64,000 bases of DNA. It comes from an uncultured delta proteobacterium (GTDB taxonomy: Bacteria; Myxococcota_A; Polyangia; Fen-1088). Shown one piece after another: positions 34,968-45,215 of the stretch (its first letter is position 1; the number at the start of each line of letters is the position of its first letter). The stretch lies in assembly GCA_963767925.1 (NCBI GenBank), contig CAVYGB010000008.1, positions 1,024,001 through 1,088,000 of the forward strand, written 5' to 3'. A program made the position numbers and the translations under genes. The notes under the pieces were generated by a model that was not told where the DNA came from, made no database searches, and saw only the letters and a list, made by a program, of their open reading frames with translations.

Positions 34968-35167
34968 CGACCGCGCTCCAGCTTGCGCACCACCTTGAAG
35001 GCCACCGCCGCCACCAGGTAAGGCACCGCGACGAGGGCGCCCACGAGCGCCAGCACGCCGTTGCCCGGCCCCTCCCGGGCGGCGCAGGCCGGGCAGGCCA
35101 GCGCGGCGCCCGGAGTCAGGCAAATCGCCAGAGCGGCGAGGGCGGCCAGGGCCCGCAGGAGGGTCAT
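34964..35167 (-). CDS. Small membrane protein with CxxC, within the oxidase operon
   Basis: Signal-like segment, ACPAC, then one TM; ATGA overlaps on both sides. Confidence 0.75.
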   Translation of the reverse strand: MTLLRALAALAALAICLTPGAALACPACAAREGPGNGVLALVGALVAVPYLVAAVAFKVVRKLERGR

Positions 35168-35484
35168 GGCCCCGCCCTCCAGGCCGCCTCGGCGATGAGC
35201 ACCCCCGCGAAGAGGGCGGGCAGCAAGAACGGGATCACGACCGTGAGCTTGAGACCCCGGGTCTCGGCAGACAGGTGCATGAACTGCATCAGCACGAGCC
35301 CCGCCTTGGCCAGGGCCATCAGCACCAGGGCGGCCACCAGGAGCCCCTGGCCGATCCCCGGGATGTACACCACCCCGATCTCCAGGGCGGTGAGCAGGGT
35401 GAGCAGGCCGAACACCTGGAGATAGCGGCGGCGCGGGCTTCCGGTCGGGCCGTGGCCGTGGTCGTGGGTCTGGCTGTGGATCAT
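35164..35484 (-). CDS. Cytochrome c oxidase subunit IV family protein
   Basis: Y..VF.LL..LT.LE and KA.LV...FMHL motifs; ATGA-coupled. Confidence 0.85.
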   Translation of the reverse strand: MIHSQTHDHGHGPTGSPRRRYLQVFGLLTLLTALEIGVVYIPGIGQGLLVAALVLMALAKAGLVLMQFMHLSAETRGLKLTVVIPFLLPALFAGVLIAEAAWRAGP

Positions 35485-36149
35485 CGGCCGGCCCCCGGGG
35501 GCGGGCTGGGGATGAGGTACACGAAGGTGAAGACGAGGATCCAGACCAGGTCGACGAAGTGCCAGAACAGGCCGACGCTCTCGATGGCGTCGGCGCGGGC
35601 CTCGACCGAGGGGCTGCGCAGCACCCGCGCCAGCATGACCCCCAGCAGGACGACGCCGGTGAAGACGTGGGCCCCGTGAAAGCTGGTGATGGCATAGAAG
35701 GTTGTGGCCCGGTGCGAATGCCCGAGCTGCAGCCCGCTGCCCGCGAGCCCACCCCCCACGATCCCGAAGTATTCGTGGTACTGCCCGACGAGGAAGAGCA
35801 GCCCACCCAGCATGGTGAGGGCCAGGAACCGGGCGCTGGCGCCCCGATTGCCCTCCCGGGCGGCGGCCACTGCCAGGACCATCGTCACGCTCGAGCAGAT
35901 CAGCAGGAAGGTCAGCCCGGCGGTGAAGTTGATCCCCAGGGGGGGCTCGCCGGGGGGCCACCAGCGGACGGAGGCTGCGCGCAGCACGCCATAGGCGATC
36001 AGCAGCCCCGAAAAGGAGAACGCGTCGGAGATGAGGAACATCCACATCCCCAGCTTGAGCGCCGAGGCGCGGCCGACGAATCGCTCGGGAGGCCACTTCA
36101 CAGCGGCGGTCGGAGCAGGGGAGGTCACGACGTCGCGCTGCCATAGCAT
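35481..36149 (-). CDS. Heme-copper oxidase subunit III (first copy)
   Basis: KLGMWMFLISD, LICSSVTM, TSFHGAHV and GLFWHFVDLVWI motifs; start uncertain. Confidence 0.9.
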   Translation of the reverse strand: MLWQRDVVTSPAPTAAVKWPPERFVGRASALKLGMWMFLISDAFSFSGLLIAYGVLRAASVRWWPPGEPPLGINFTAGLTFLLICSSVTMVLAVAAAREGNRGASARFLALTMLGGLLFLVGQYHEYFGIVGGGLAGSGLQLGHSHRATTFYAITSFHGAHVFTGVVLLGVMLARVLRSPSVEARADAIESVGLFWHFVDLVWILVFTFVYLIPSPPPGAGR

Positions 36150-36214
36150 GCGCCGCTGCGGGCTCGCAAGGCAGACTCTTCTCGGAAGGGCGCCCGCCGA
36201 CGTATACCTGCCGC

Positions 36215-37573
36215 ATGGAGCGCGCGGAGGAAGACCCCTATCGGCTCACGGCGGCCGACGTGCTCGAGCCGCCCCGCAGCCTGCCCGAGATCCTCCGCCG
36301 CATCGGACCCGGGATGATCCTGGCCGCCGCCATCGTGGGCTCGGGCGAGCTGATCGCGACGACCACGCTGGGCGCCGAGGAGGGTTACCGCCTCCTCTGG
36401 CTCATCATCCTGTCCTGCCTGATCAAGCCCATCGTGCAGGCGGAGCTGGGCCGCTACACAATCGCCACCGGGGAGCCGACCCTGGAGAGCCTCAGCCGGG
36501 TGCCGGGGCCGCGCTGGAAGGTGGGCTGGGTGGCCTGGGGCTGGGCGATCACGGTCCTCATCACGCTGCTCCAGGTCGGGGCCATGTACGGAGGCGTGGC
36601 CCAGGTGATGGCCTTGCTGGTTCCGGCGGTGCCCGTGCGGGCCTGGGTCGGCGTGTTCCTCGTGGTGACCCTCTTGCTCCTGCTGGGCGGCGGCTACCGG
36701 CGGGTCGAGCGGCTGGCGGTGGTCAAGGTGGGGCTGTTCACCTTGCTGACCGTGCTGGCCGCGGTCTTGCTGGTGCGGCGGCCGGAGTTCTCCGTCGCCC
36801 CCCTCCTGCAGGGCTTGCGCTTCGATCTGCCGATCTACGGCGTGGCGACCGCGGTGGCCGTCTTCGGGATCACCGGCGTCGGCACCAACGAGCTGGCCAT
36901 GTACCCCTACTGGTGCGTCGAGAAGGGGTACGCCCGCTTCAGCGGACCGCGCGACGGCAGCGCGGCCTGGGTTCGTCGCGCGCGCGGCTGGATCCGGGTG
37001 ATGCATGTCGACATCGTCGTGTCGCTGCTGGTCTACACCCTGGCCACCATCGCCTTTTACCTGCTGGGGGCGGGGGTGCTGCACAGCCAGGGGCTGGTAC
37101 CCCGGGGCAGCGACCTCATCGTCGTGCTGTCGCGCATCTACACCGAGACCCTGGGCGCCTGGGCGCTGCCGGTGTTCTACGCCGGGGCCATCGTCACCCT
37201 CTACGGGACCATCTTCGCCGCCACCGCGGCCCACGCCCGCATCTATGCGGATCTGTTTCGCCTGATGGGCGCCTTTGCCCGCGAGGACTTCGCGGCCCGC
37301 AGCCGGTATCGGCGCCGCCTGACCTGGGCCCTGACCCTGGTGCCGGTGGGCCTCTATTACCTGTTCGAATCACCGGTGAAGATGGTCGTCATCGGCGCTC
37401 TGGCGCAGTCGTTCATGCTGCCGGTGTTCGCCTTCGGAACCCTCTACCTGCAGCGCCGGCAGCTCCCGATCGAGCTGCGGCCCCGCCGCTTCGTGCGGGT
37501 GGCGCTCCTGCTGGCGGCCGTCGTCATCGCGCTGGTCATGTCCGTGTCGCTCGGAATCACCCTGCTCCGTTGA
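36215..37573 (+). CDS. Nramp-superfamily membrane transporter (GSGE-type)
   Basis: IGPGMILAAAIVGSGE, E.GRY..ATGE and YPYWC.EKG motifs; about 11 TM. Confidence 0.85.
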   Translation: MERAEEDPYRLTAADVLEPPRSLPEILRRIGPGMILAAAIVGSGELIATTTLGAEEGYRLLWLIILSCLIKPIVQAELGRYTIATGEPTLESLSRVPGPRWKVGWVAWGWAITVLITLLQVGAMYGGVAQVMALLVPAVPVRAWVGVFLVVTLLLLLGGGYRRVERLAVVKVGLFTLLTVLAAVLLVRRPEFSVAPLLQGLRFDLPIYGVATAVAVFGITGVGTNELAMYPYWCVEKGYARFSGPRDGSAAWVRRARGWIRVMHVDIVVSLLVYTLATIAFYLLGAGVLHSQGLVPRGSDLIVVLSRIYTETLGAWALPVFYAGAIVTLYGTIFAATAAHARIYADLFRLMGAFAREDFAARSRYRRRLTWALTLVPVGLYYLFESPVKMVVIGALAQSFMLPVFAFGTLYLQRRQLPIELRPRRFVRVALLLAAVVIALVMSVSLGITLLR

Positions 37574-37621
37574 TAGCCCTGGGCTTGCCCGACGGGGGGT
37601 GCTAGCGTCCGGGCCCGTTGC

Positions 37622-38299
37622 ATGTCGGCGTCGCTTCCGCGGGAAAACCAGCCCGTCCAGACGGCACGCCGGCGGCGCTGGTCCTGGCGCTTCGCCGGTA
37701 GTGCGCTCTTCTGGGGCGCGATCGTGGCGATCGGTCTGATCGTCCCGATCGCCACCCGGGTGTGGCGATCCGCGCCGCCGCCGCTGCCGGTGCTGGGCAC
37801 CTTGCCGGCGTTCAGCCTCGTCGACCAGGACGGCCGCACCACCGGCTCGGCCGACCTGCGCGGCTACGTCTGGGTGGCGAGCTTCCTCTTTACCCGCTGC
37901 CCGACCATCTGTCCCGCGCTGATGACCACCCTCGGCCGCGTGCAGCACCGGGCGCGCGGCATCGAACACGGCTTCCGGCTGGTCAGCTTCAGCGTCGATC
38001 CCCAGCACGACACGCCCGAGCGCCTGGCGGCCTACGCCCGGCAGCACCGGGCCAGCCCGCGCATGTGGAGGTTTCTCACCGGTCCCTTCGCCAGCGTGCA
38101 AAAGACGGTGGTCGACGGGCTGAAGATCGCCATGGGCGAGGTCGAGGGCCAGCAGGACTTCGCCAGCATCATGCACGGGACCCACTTCGTCCTGGTCGAC
38201 CAGCAGGGACGCATCCGCGGCTACTACGACTCGACCGGCGCCGACGTCGTGGACCGCCTGCTCATCGACGCCTCCTTGCTCATCAACCGCGGCGACTGA
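37622..38299 (+). CDS. SCO family copper chaperone
   Basis: FTRCPTICP, SVDP..DTPE and HGTHFVLVD..G.IRGYY motifs. Confidence 0.92.
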   Translation: MSASLPRENQPVQTARRRRWSWRFAGSALFWGAIVAIGLIVPIATRVWRSAPPPLPVLGTLPAFSLVDQDGRTTGSADLRGYVWVASFLFTRCPTICPALMTTLGRVQHRARGIEHGFRLVSFSVDPQHDTPERLAAYARQHRASPRMWRFLTGPFASVQKTVVDGLKIAMGEVEGQQDFASIMHGTHFVLVDQQGRIRGYYDSTGADVVDRLLIDASLLINRGD

Positions 38300-38310
38300 G
38301 GAGGAGTCGG

Positions 38311-39640
38311 ATGGCCGAAGACCTGCAAGCCATGACCCGGGCCCGGTCGGTACGAGGCAAGCGCTTCGGCCGCTACCTCCTGCAGGAGCACCTGGCCTCG
38401 GGAGGCATGGCCGAGATCTTCCTGGCCCGCCTGCCCGGAGAGGGCGGCTTCGCCAAGGACCTGGTGCTCAAGATCCTGCAACAGCGCTACGCCGAGAGCC
38501 CGCAGGTCGTGCAGATGTTCATCGAGGAGGCGCGGCTGGGCGCGGAGCTCCGCCACCCCAACGTCGTCGACATCTACGAGAGCGGGGAGGAGAACGGGCT
38601 CCGCTTCATCGCCATGGAGTACATCGAGGGGCGCACGTTGACCGATTCTCGTGACCCGCGCCTTCGAGGTCTCGCAGCCGCTCCCCATCTCGTTCGCCGC
38701 CCACATCCTGGGGCAAGTCGCCGAGGGCCTAGCCTACCTCCAGGAAGGCCTACCGGGGCGGCCATACGCCCCCGGCCCGTCGGGGATCGTCCACCGCGAC
38801 ATCTCTCCGCCCAACATCCTCATCAGCTTCGCGGGCCACGCCAAGATAATCGATTTCGGCATCGCCCGTGCAGGCACCTCGGTCACCGTCGAGACGGGGG
38901 CACGGCCGGGCAAGTTGTCCTATATGTCTCCGGAGCAGGCGCAAGGGTTCCCCCTCGACGGGCGGTCCGACATCTTCTCCCTGGGAACCATCCTCTACGA
39001 GGTGACGCTGGGCCGACGCCTGTGGCGAGGGACCCCCGAGAGCGTGCTCCGCCGGATCGTTCACGAGGACCCCGAGCCGCCGACCTTCGTCAACCGGGCC
39101 TATCCTCCGACGCTCGAGCGGATCGTGCTGCGGGCCCTGGCCAAGCGTCCGGCCGATCGCTACGGCTCCGCCGGGGAGATGGCCCGGGACCTCGATCGCT
39201 TCCTCGGCGAAAGCGGTGAGCGGGTGGCTGATCGACACATCGCGCAGTTCATCCAGGGGCTCTACGTGCCCACCGCGCGCGTGAACGACGGCGGCAGCCA
39301 GCGGGCCCGCGACTTCCGCGACGAGGACGTCGCCCCCGATGAATACGATCAGCCGCTCGACTTCGACGGGCTTCGACCCCCGCCCGGCGTGGCGCACGCC
39401 CTTCGCGATTCGAACGTCTTCGACCTGGCGGCCCGGGCAGTGTCTGCGCCGCGGCAGGCGAGCGGAGTCCCCTGGGCCACGCCGCCTATCGGCGCCGCGG
39501 CGACGAGCCCCGAGCCGCTGACTCGTCTGTCCCTCGCGTCGGAGGAGCCGAGCTCCCGGGGGCGCCTGGCGGTGGGCATTCTGCTCATTTTGACGGCGCT
39601 CGTCCTCAGCGGCCTGTTTTTCGTCCTGAAAGGACCATGA
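38311..39640 (+). pseudogene. Ser/Thr protein kinase with one +1 frameshift near 38647 (likely sequencing error)
   Basis: GGMAEIF...AMEYIEG in one frame; HRDISPPN/DFG/YMSPE in the next. Removing 1 nt gives 443 codons; C-terminal TM. Confidence 0.85.
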
Positions 39641-39842
39641 AAGGTCCATGAGCAGGTCGAGAACAAAACTGCTAATTTGGGCAGGCCTGCGCCGCGGTCG
39701 CCTGCTCCTGTGTTTCCCTGTTGACCCGACCGCAACAGCACGTTGTCGCTTCAAAAAGCAAACGCGATGGTTATAGTAGCAACCCGGCTCTGCCGAAACC
39801 CTGTGGTAGGCTGGGCCGCGAGGTAGCCCCCGGAAATTACGG

Positions 39843-41600
39843 ATGAAGTTTGTCTGCGAGCGCTGCCACACCAAGTACTCCATCGCGGACGACAAGGTCA
39901 GGCAGAAGATCCTGAAGATTCGCTGCAAGACCTGCGAAAACGTGATCACGATCCGCGACGCGGTGGTGGTCAACGAGGCGCGGGCGATGAGCGAACCTCG
40001 GGGGGTGCGTGCGGTTCCACCACCGCCGCCGCGAGGCCCACGTGTGATCGAATGGCACGTGGCCATCGAAGGCCGGCAGGAGGGTCCGCTGCCCATGGCG
40101 GCGCTCGTCTCGCGCATCTCCGGCGCCCCCAAGGGCAGCGAGATCTACGTCTGGAACGAAGGCCTCGACGGCTGGAAAGATCCCAAGACGGTCCCCGAGA
40201 TCGCGACCGAGCTGCGGGGGCGGACGGTTCCGCCGCCCATCCCACCGCCGCTTCCTCCTGGCGGACCCAAGCGGCTGCCGAGCCCCCCCGGGGGCAGGCC
40301 GGCGGTCTCCGCGGTCGGTCTTCTTACCCGACGATCGGGCGCCCACGGCAGCGTGGACGGGGGCAAGTCGATGTCGGGCGGTGGCCCGGCCGCGAGCGTG
40401 GCCACCGCGGCCGCGCCCGCGCCACATCACGAGGGCGGATTCGCAATCGGGGGAGAGGGCGACGGCGAACGGACCCAGATCCAGGCTCCCGACGCGCAGC
40501 TCTTGCTGGCCAACGACCTCGGCGGCCACACCGCGCCGGGGCCCGCGTCGGCCTTCGCTCCCCGGTCGACCGATCTCGGGCCCGACATCCAGCCTGGCCG
40601 GTCCGGCTCGTTCCCCAAATCCATCGGATCGACCAACGGATCGTCGGTGCCGGGAGGCTCGTCGAGCGGTCTCGAGGCGCTCGACTTCGTCCCCGCCTCG
40701 CCCCCCGCCGCCGGACCTCCCCCGCCCTCCGGCCTGGGCATGCACCCCATGGGTCCGCCGATCGGGGCGGTGTCCTCACCGATCATGGGCGCCTCGACCT
40801 CCACCATGCTGGCGCAGGTGGGGGGCCTGGGGGCCCGGACACGACACCCGGCCTTCAAGTTCGTCGTGACGGGCGGCCTGCTGCTGGGCCTCGTGATCGT
40901 GGTGGCCGTGCTGGCCCTGAGCGATCGCGACCGGCCGGCCGGTGTGGGTAAGCCCGCCCTGGCCGAGGCCAACCCGCCCGCACCGGCCCCCGAGGCCGAG
41001 GCGCGCGCCCGCGCCGAGGCGGAGAAATACTTCAAGAGCATGGTCGGCGAGAAGCCGGCGCCGCCCGCGCCCGCCAATCCGGTGGCCGCCCGCTCGGTCG
41101 GTCCACCCCCCCGCCGGGCGGTGGCTCGCCCGCGGAACAGCCAGGACAGCTCCCTGGCGCCGCCTCCCCTGGCCCCACCGCCGATCGGCGCCGGGGGCCA
41201 GCCGGCGGGCGCCGACAGCTCCGGGGTGGCCCGGCGCTTCGACCAGGACGAGCGCAAGGTCTCGGCCCCCAGCAAGGACCGGGCCGGTCGCCGCGGCGAC
41301 GCCACCTTCGATCATCAGAAGTTCATGGGTGTGTTCAAGCAGCAGGACCACCACACCGCCATCAAGAGCTGTTACGAGCGGGCGCTCAAGCGCGACGAGA
41401 GGCTCAAGCTGGCCCGCCTGGACATCTCCGTGAACGTCGGCGAGACCGGCTCGGTCAAGCGGGTCCGGGTCGACGCCCCGCCCGAGTTCAACGGCGTCTC
41501 GAACTGCATCCGCGAGGCGGTTCGCCGCTGGCGCTTCCCGGCCAACTCCGAGGAGTACGAAGCCAGCTTCCCGCTCATCCTGCACGGCAACGCCGACTGA
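39843..41600 (+). CDS. gltJ: GltJ/AgmX-like gliding motility protein (Zn ribbon, GYF_2, TM, TonB-C-like domain)
   Basis: MKFVCERCHTKYSIADDKV...CKTC; WHVAIEGRQEGP...VWNEGLDGW; CYERALK...CIREAVRRWRFP. Confidence 0.75.
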   Translation: MKFVCERCHTKYSIADDKVRQKILKIRCKTCENVITIRDAVVVNEARAMSEPRGVRAVPPPPPRGPRVIEWHVAIEGRQEGPLPMAALVSRISGAPKGSEIYVWNEGLDGWKDPKTVPEIATELRGRTVPPPIPPPLPPGGPKRLPSPPGGRPAVSAVGLLTRRSGAHGSVDGGKSMSGGGPAASVATAAAPAPHHEGGFAIGGEGDGERTQIQAPDAQLLLANDLGGHTAPGPASAFAPRSTDLGPDIQPGRSGSFPKSIGSTNGSSVPGGSSSGLEALDFVPASPPAAGPPPPSGLGMHPMGPPIGAVSSPIMGASTSTMLAQVGGLGARTRHPAFKFVVTGGLLLGLVIVVAVLALSDRDRPAGVGKPALAEANPPAPAPEAEARARAEAEKYFKSMVGEKPAPPAPANPVAARSVGPPPRRAVARPRNSQDSSLAPPPLAPPPIGAGGQPAGADSSGVARRFDQDERKVSAPSKDRAGRRGDATFDHQKFMGVFKQQDHHTAIKSCYERALKRDERLKLARLDISVNVGETGSVKRVRVDAPPEFNGVSNCIREAVRRWRFPANSEEYEASFPLILHGNAD

Positions 41601-41673
41601 TCGCCCCTGGCCCCCGGGGTCGGGAGCGCCGGGAGTGTCATCAGCGCGGGGATCAGGCTAGACTTCGCGCCCC

Positions 41674-44493
41674 ATGTCGTCGCGGTTTGCGCACCCTTAC
41701 GCCGAGTTCCTCGATGCGGTGGAAAAACCCACCCGCTACATCGGGGGCGAATACCAGGAGGCGCGCAAGGATCCCGCCACCATCAAGGCCCGGGTCTGTC
41801 TGGCCTTTCCCGACACCTACGAGATCGGGATGTCCCATCTCGGCACGAAGATCCTCTATTCGGTGCTCAACAAGGTGCCGGAGATCGCCTGCGAGCGCGC
41901 CTTCGCGCCCTGGTTCGACATGGAGGCGGAGCTGCGCCGCCGGGGCCTGCCCGTCCTCACCCTGGAGAGCGCCTCACCGCTGGCCAGCTTCGACGTCGTC
42001 GGCTTCTCGCTGCAATACGAGCTGACCTATACCAACGTCCTCGCCCTGCTCGACCTGTCGGGGCTGCCCCTGCGTGCGCTCGACCGGGGGGACGAGGCCC
42101 CGCTCGTCATCGCCGGGGGACCCACCGCCACCCATCCCGAGCCCCTGGCACCTTTCATCGACGCCTTCTTCATCGGGGAGGCCGAAGAGAAGCTGCCGCC
42201 GCTTTGCCTCGAGGCAGCGGAGCTGCGGCGCGCGGGGATCCCTCGGCGCGAGCGCCTGATCCGCCTGGCGGAGAAATACCCCCTCTACGTCCCCGAGCTT
42301 TACCGGCTGCAGGTCGACGGGGACACCGGCTTCCTCGTCGTCGACGAGCCGCTGGATCCCCGGGTGCCCGCCCGTCCCAAGCGGGTGTGGGTCGCCGACA
42401 TCAACCGCTTCCCGTTCCCCGACGACTCGCCCTTGCCCTATTCGGAGGCGATCTTCGATCGCATGGCGGTGGAGATCGCCCGGGGCTGCACCGAAGGCTG
42501 CCGCTTCTGTCAGGCGGGCATGATCTACCGGCCGGTGCGCGAGCGCGATCCGGTGGCGGTGATTGACGCCCTCGTGCAGGGCGTGCGCAAGGGTGGGTAC
42601 GACGAGACCGCCTTGACCTCGCTGTCGACCGCCGACTACTCCTGCGTCACGCCGCTGGTCAAGGCGGCGATGGACAAGCTCCGCGACGAGAAGGTCTCGC
42701 TGTCGGTCTCCTCGCTGCGGGCCTACGGGCTCAACGACGAGCTGCTGGCCGACATGGCGACCATGAAGGCCCAGGGCCTGACCTTCGCGCCCGAGGCGGG
42801 CACCCAGCGCATGCGGGACGTGATCACGAAAAACGTCACCGAGGCGGACATCACCGATTCGGCCCACCGCGTGTTCGGGCGGGGCTTCCAGCGCATGAAG
42901 CTCTACTTCATGATCGGCCTGCCCACCGAGGAGGAGGCCGACGTGCGCGGCATCGTCGAGACCGCCTCCCAGGTCAAGCAGATCGGCCGCTCCTACTTCC
43001 GAGGGGCCGAGGTCACGGCCTCGGTCTCGACCCACGTGCCCAAGCCCCACACCCCCTTCCAGTGGGCGGCCATGGACAGCGAGGCGGACACCACCCGCAA
43101 GCAGGCCCTGCTGGCCGAGGGGGCGCAGCAGCTCCGGGTGGCCCTCAAGATGCACGAGAACTATCAATCCCACATCGAGGGGATCTTCTCCCGGGGGGAT
43201 CGGGCCTGCGCCGACCTGCTCGAGCGCGCCTTCCGCCTGGGCTGCCGGTTCGACGGCTGGGACGAGGGGCTGCGCCCCGACCTCTGGGAGCAGGCCCTGG
43301 GCGAGGAGGCGGCCGCCTCGGGGTTCGAGCCGGGCCGCTACCTGGGCACCATCCCGGTGACCGCCCGCTTGCCCTGGGACCACATCGACATCGGGCTCGA
43401 GCCCGACTTCCTCCTCAAGGAGTACCGCAAGGCCCTCAAGGATCGCCTCTCGCCCCCCTGTGGCAAGCCCTTCAAGCAGCTCCTCCACCCCAACAACGTG
43501 GAGACCGCCGAGAACGAGCGGGCCCGCAAGCTGGTCTGCTACGACTGCGGCGTGGCCTGCGACCTCCAGGCGATGAAGGAGGAGCGGCTGTATTTCCTCC
43601 GGCGCATGAACGCCTGGATGCCGCCGCCCCCGCCGCCCCCCCGGATCCGCAAGATCGCTCCAGGCGACAGCCAGCCCACCCGCAAGTCGTCCCGGCCGCT
43701 GACCGCGATCGTGCAGGACCTCCCACGCCGCTACCGCCTCCGCTACACGAAGCTCGGGCGCATCGCCTACCTGGGGCACCTCGATCTCATCCGCCACCTG
43801 CCCCGGATCTTCCGGCGGGCCGGGGTGGAGCTGTATTACTCCAGCGGGTTTCACCCCAAGCCGGAGCTCAGCTTCGGCCCGGCGCTGGGGCTGGGGATCC
43901 CCTCGCTCGGTGAGCTGCTCGACGTCAAGCTGGCCGAAGACGTCGACGCCGACGGGCTCATCGATCGGCTCAACGCGGTCACCCTCGACGGGATCGACTT
44001 CCTCGGGGCGGTCCGCCTGGGGGAAAGCGACCGGGCCCTGGGTCGGGTGCTGGCGGGCGCCACCTTCGCCGCCCGCCTGCCCGCGCCGACCCGCGCCGCC
44101 GCCCTCGTCGCGCGCTTCCAGTCGGACGAGCCGCTCTCGGTGGTGCGCGCCTCCTCCCGGGTGGGCGGCCGCGGTCAGGCCAGCATCGGCCGGCGGGTCG
44201 ACGTCCGCAAGTCGCTGCGTTCGGTGACCCTCCCGTCGCTCGAGGCCTTGCAGCGGCTCGATCGGGCGCTGGGCTGGCCCGGCGAGCCGACCCTGGTGTT
44301 CGAGCTGGCCATCAGCGGGGAGGGGAGCGCCCGGCCCTACGAGGTCATCGAGGCGCTGGCCGGCGAGGAGGCGGCGGACGGCAGCGCCTTCGCCCGCCTC
44401 TCGCTCACCGCGGGGGTGGCCGGGGAGGTCGAGCAGGATCCCCTCGATCTGCCGGCCCTGCGATCGCCGCCCCCGGCGGCCGTTTCGGTTTGA
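41674..44493 (+). CDS. B12-binding radical SAM protein (TIGR03960-like) fused to a radical SAM-linked domain (TIGR03936-like)
   Basis: FPDTYEIGMS, RGCTEGCRFCQAG, TFAPEAG and PKPHTPFQW motifs; C-terminal GHLDL...GFHPKP.LSFGPAL.LG. Confidence 0.9.
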   Translation: MSSRFAHPYAEFLDAVEKPTRYIGGEYQEARKDPATIKARVCLAFPDTYEIGMSHLGTKILYSVLNKVPEIACERAFAPWFDMEAELRRRGLPVLTLESASPLASFDVVGFSLQYELTYTNVLALLDLSGLPLRALDRGDEAPLVIAGGPTATHPEPLAPFIDAFFIGEAEEKLPPLCLEAAELRRAGIPRRERLIRLAEKYPLYVPELYRLQVDGDTGFLVVDEPLDPRVPARPKRVWVADINRFPFPDDSPLPYSEAIFDRMAVEIARGCTEGCRFCQAGMIYRPVRERDPVAVIDALVQGVRKGGYDETALTSLSTADYSCVTPLVKAAMDKLRDEKVSLSVSSLRAYGLNDELLADMATMKAQGLTFAPEAGTQRMRDVITKNVTEADITDSAHRVFGRGFQRMKLYFMIGLPTEEEADVRGIVETASQVKQIGRSYFRGAEVTASVSTHVPKPHTPFQWAAMDSEADTTRKQALLAEGAQQLRVALKMHENYQSHIEGIFSRGDRACADLLERAFRLGCRFDGWDEGLRPDLWEQALGEEAAASGFEPGRYLGTIPVTARLPWDHIDIGLEPDFLLKEYRKALKDRLSPPCGKPFKQLLHPNNVETAENERARKLVCYDCGVACDLQAMKEERLYFLRRMNAWMPPPPPPPRIRKIAPGDSQPTRKSSRPLTAIVQDLPRRYRLRYTKLGRIAYLGHLDLIRHLPRIFRRAGVELYYSSGFHPKPELSFGPALGLGIPSLGELLDVKLAEDVDADGLIDRLNAVTLDGIDFLGAVRLGESDRALGRVLAGATFAARLPAPTRAAALVARFQSDEPLSVVRASSRVGGRGQASIGRRVDVRKSLRSVTLPSLEALQRLDRALGWPGEPTLVFELAISGEGSARPYEVIEALAGEEAADGSAFARLSLTAGVAGEVEQDPLDLPALRSPPPAAVSV

Positions 44494-45215
44494 TCGAGAC
44501 CTTCGCCCTAGGCAAGCGCTTCGGCGACAAGGTCGCCCTCGACGATCTCTCGATCCGGGTAGAACCCGGCGAGGTGCTGGGGTTCCTCGGCCCCAACGGC
44601 TCGGGCAAGACCACCACCATCCGGCTGCTCATGGGCCTTTACCGGCCCTCGTCGGGCCGGGCCACCATCCGGGGCCTCGATTGCCACCGCGACGCCGTCG
44701 CCCTGAAGCGCGAGGTCGGCTATCTGCCCGACGAGCCGTTCCTGTACCCTTATCTCACCGGCCTCGAGCTGCTCGAGCTGGTGGCCGGCCTGCACGGCCA
44801 CCGCGGCGGCGCGGCCAGGCAGCGGGCGGGGGCGGCCATCGAGCGGTTCGGCCTGGGGCCCGAGGCCAACGCCTTCACCGCGACCTATTCGCTGGGGATG
44901 CGCAAGCGTCTGGCCCTGGCCGCCGCTCTGCTGCACGAGCCGCGGGTGCTGATCCTCGACGAGCCGCAGAGCGGGCTCGATCCGCGCGGCGCGCGCGACA
45001 TGCGGGAGACCGTCGCCCAGCTGGCCCGGGAGGGCCGGACCGTGTTCCTGGCGACCCACCTGCTCGACGTCGCCGAGCGCCTGTGCCACCGCCTGGCCAT
45101 CGTGGAGGGCGGTCGGCTGCGCGCTCTGGGCACCCCGGCCGAGCTGCGGGCCAGGCTGGCCGCCGACGCCGACCTCTCGCTCGAGGAGGTGTTCCTGCGG
45201 GTGACCGAGCCGTGA
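44490..45215 (+). CDS. ABC transporter ATP-binding protein (exporter type)
   Basis: GPNGSGKTT, YSLGM, ILDEP and H-loop ATH motifs. Confidence 0.93.
   Translation: MIETFALGKRFGDKVALDDLSIRVEPGEVLGFLGPNGSGKTTTIRLLMGLYRPSSGRATIRGLDCHRDAVALKREVGYLPDEPFLYPYLTGLELLELVAGLHGHRGGAARQRAGAAIERFGLGPEANAFTATYSLGMRKRLALAAALLHEPRVLILDEPQSGLDPRGARDMRETVAQLAREGRTVFLATHLLDVAERLCHRLAIVEGGRLRALGTPAELRARLAADADLSLEEVFLRVTEP

Noticed and set aside
39755..39842. c-di-GMP-I riboswitch-like words (GCAAAC, AGGTAGC) upstream of gltJ
   Set aside because: The P2 GAAA tetraloop and GACGCAAAG core are not present; the region is better explained as a promoter (TATAGT at 39772).
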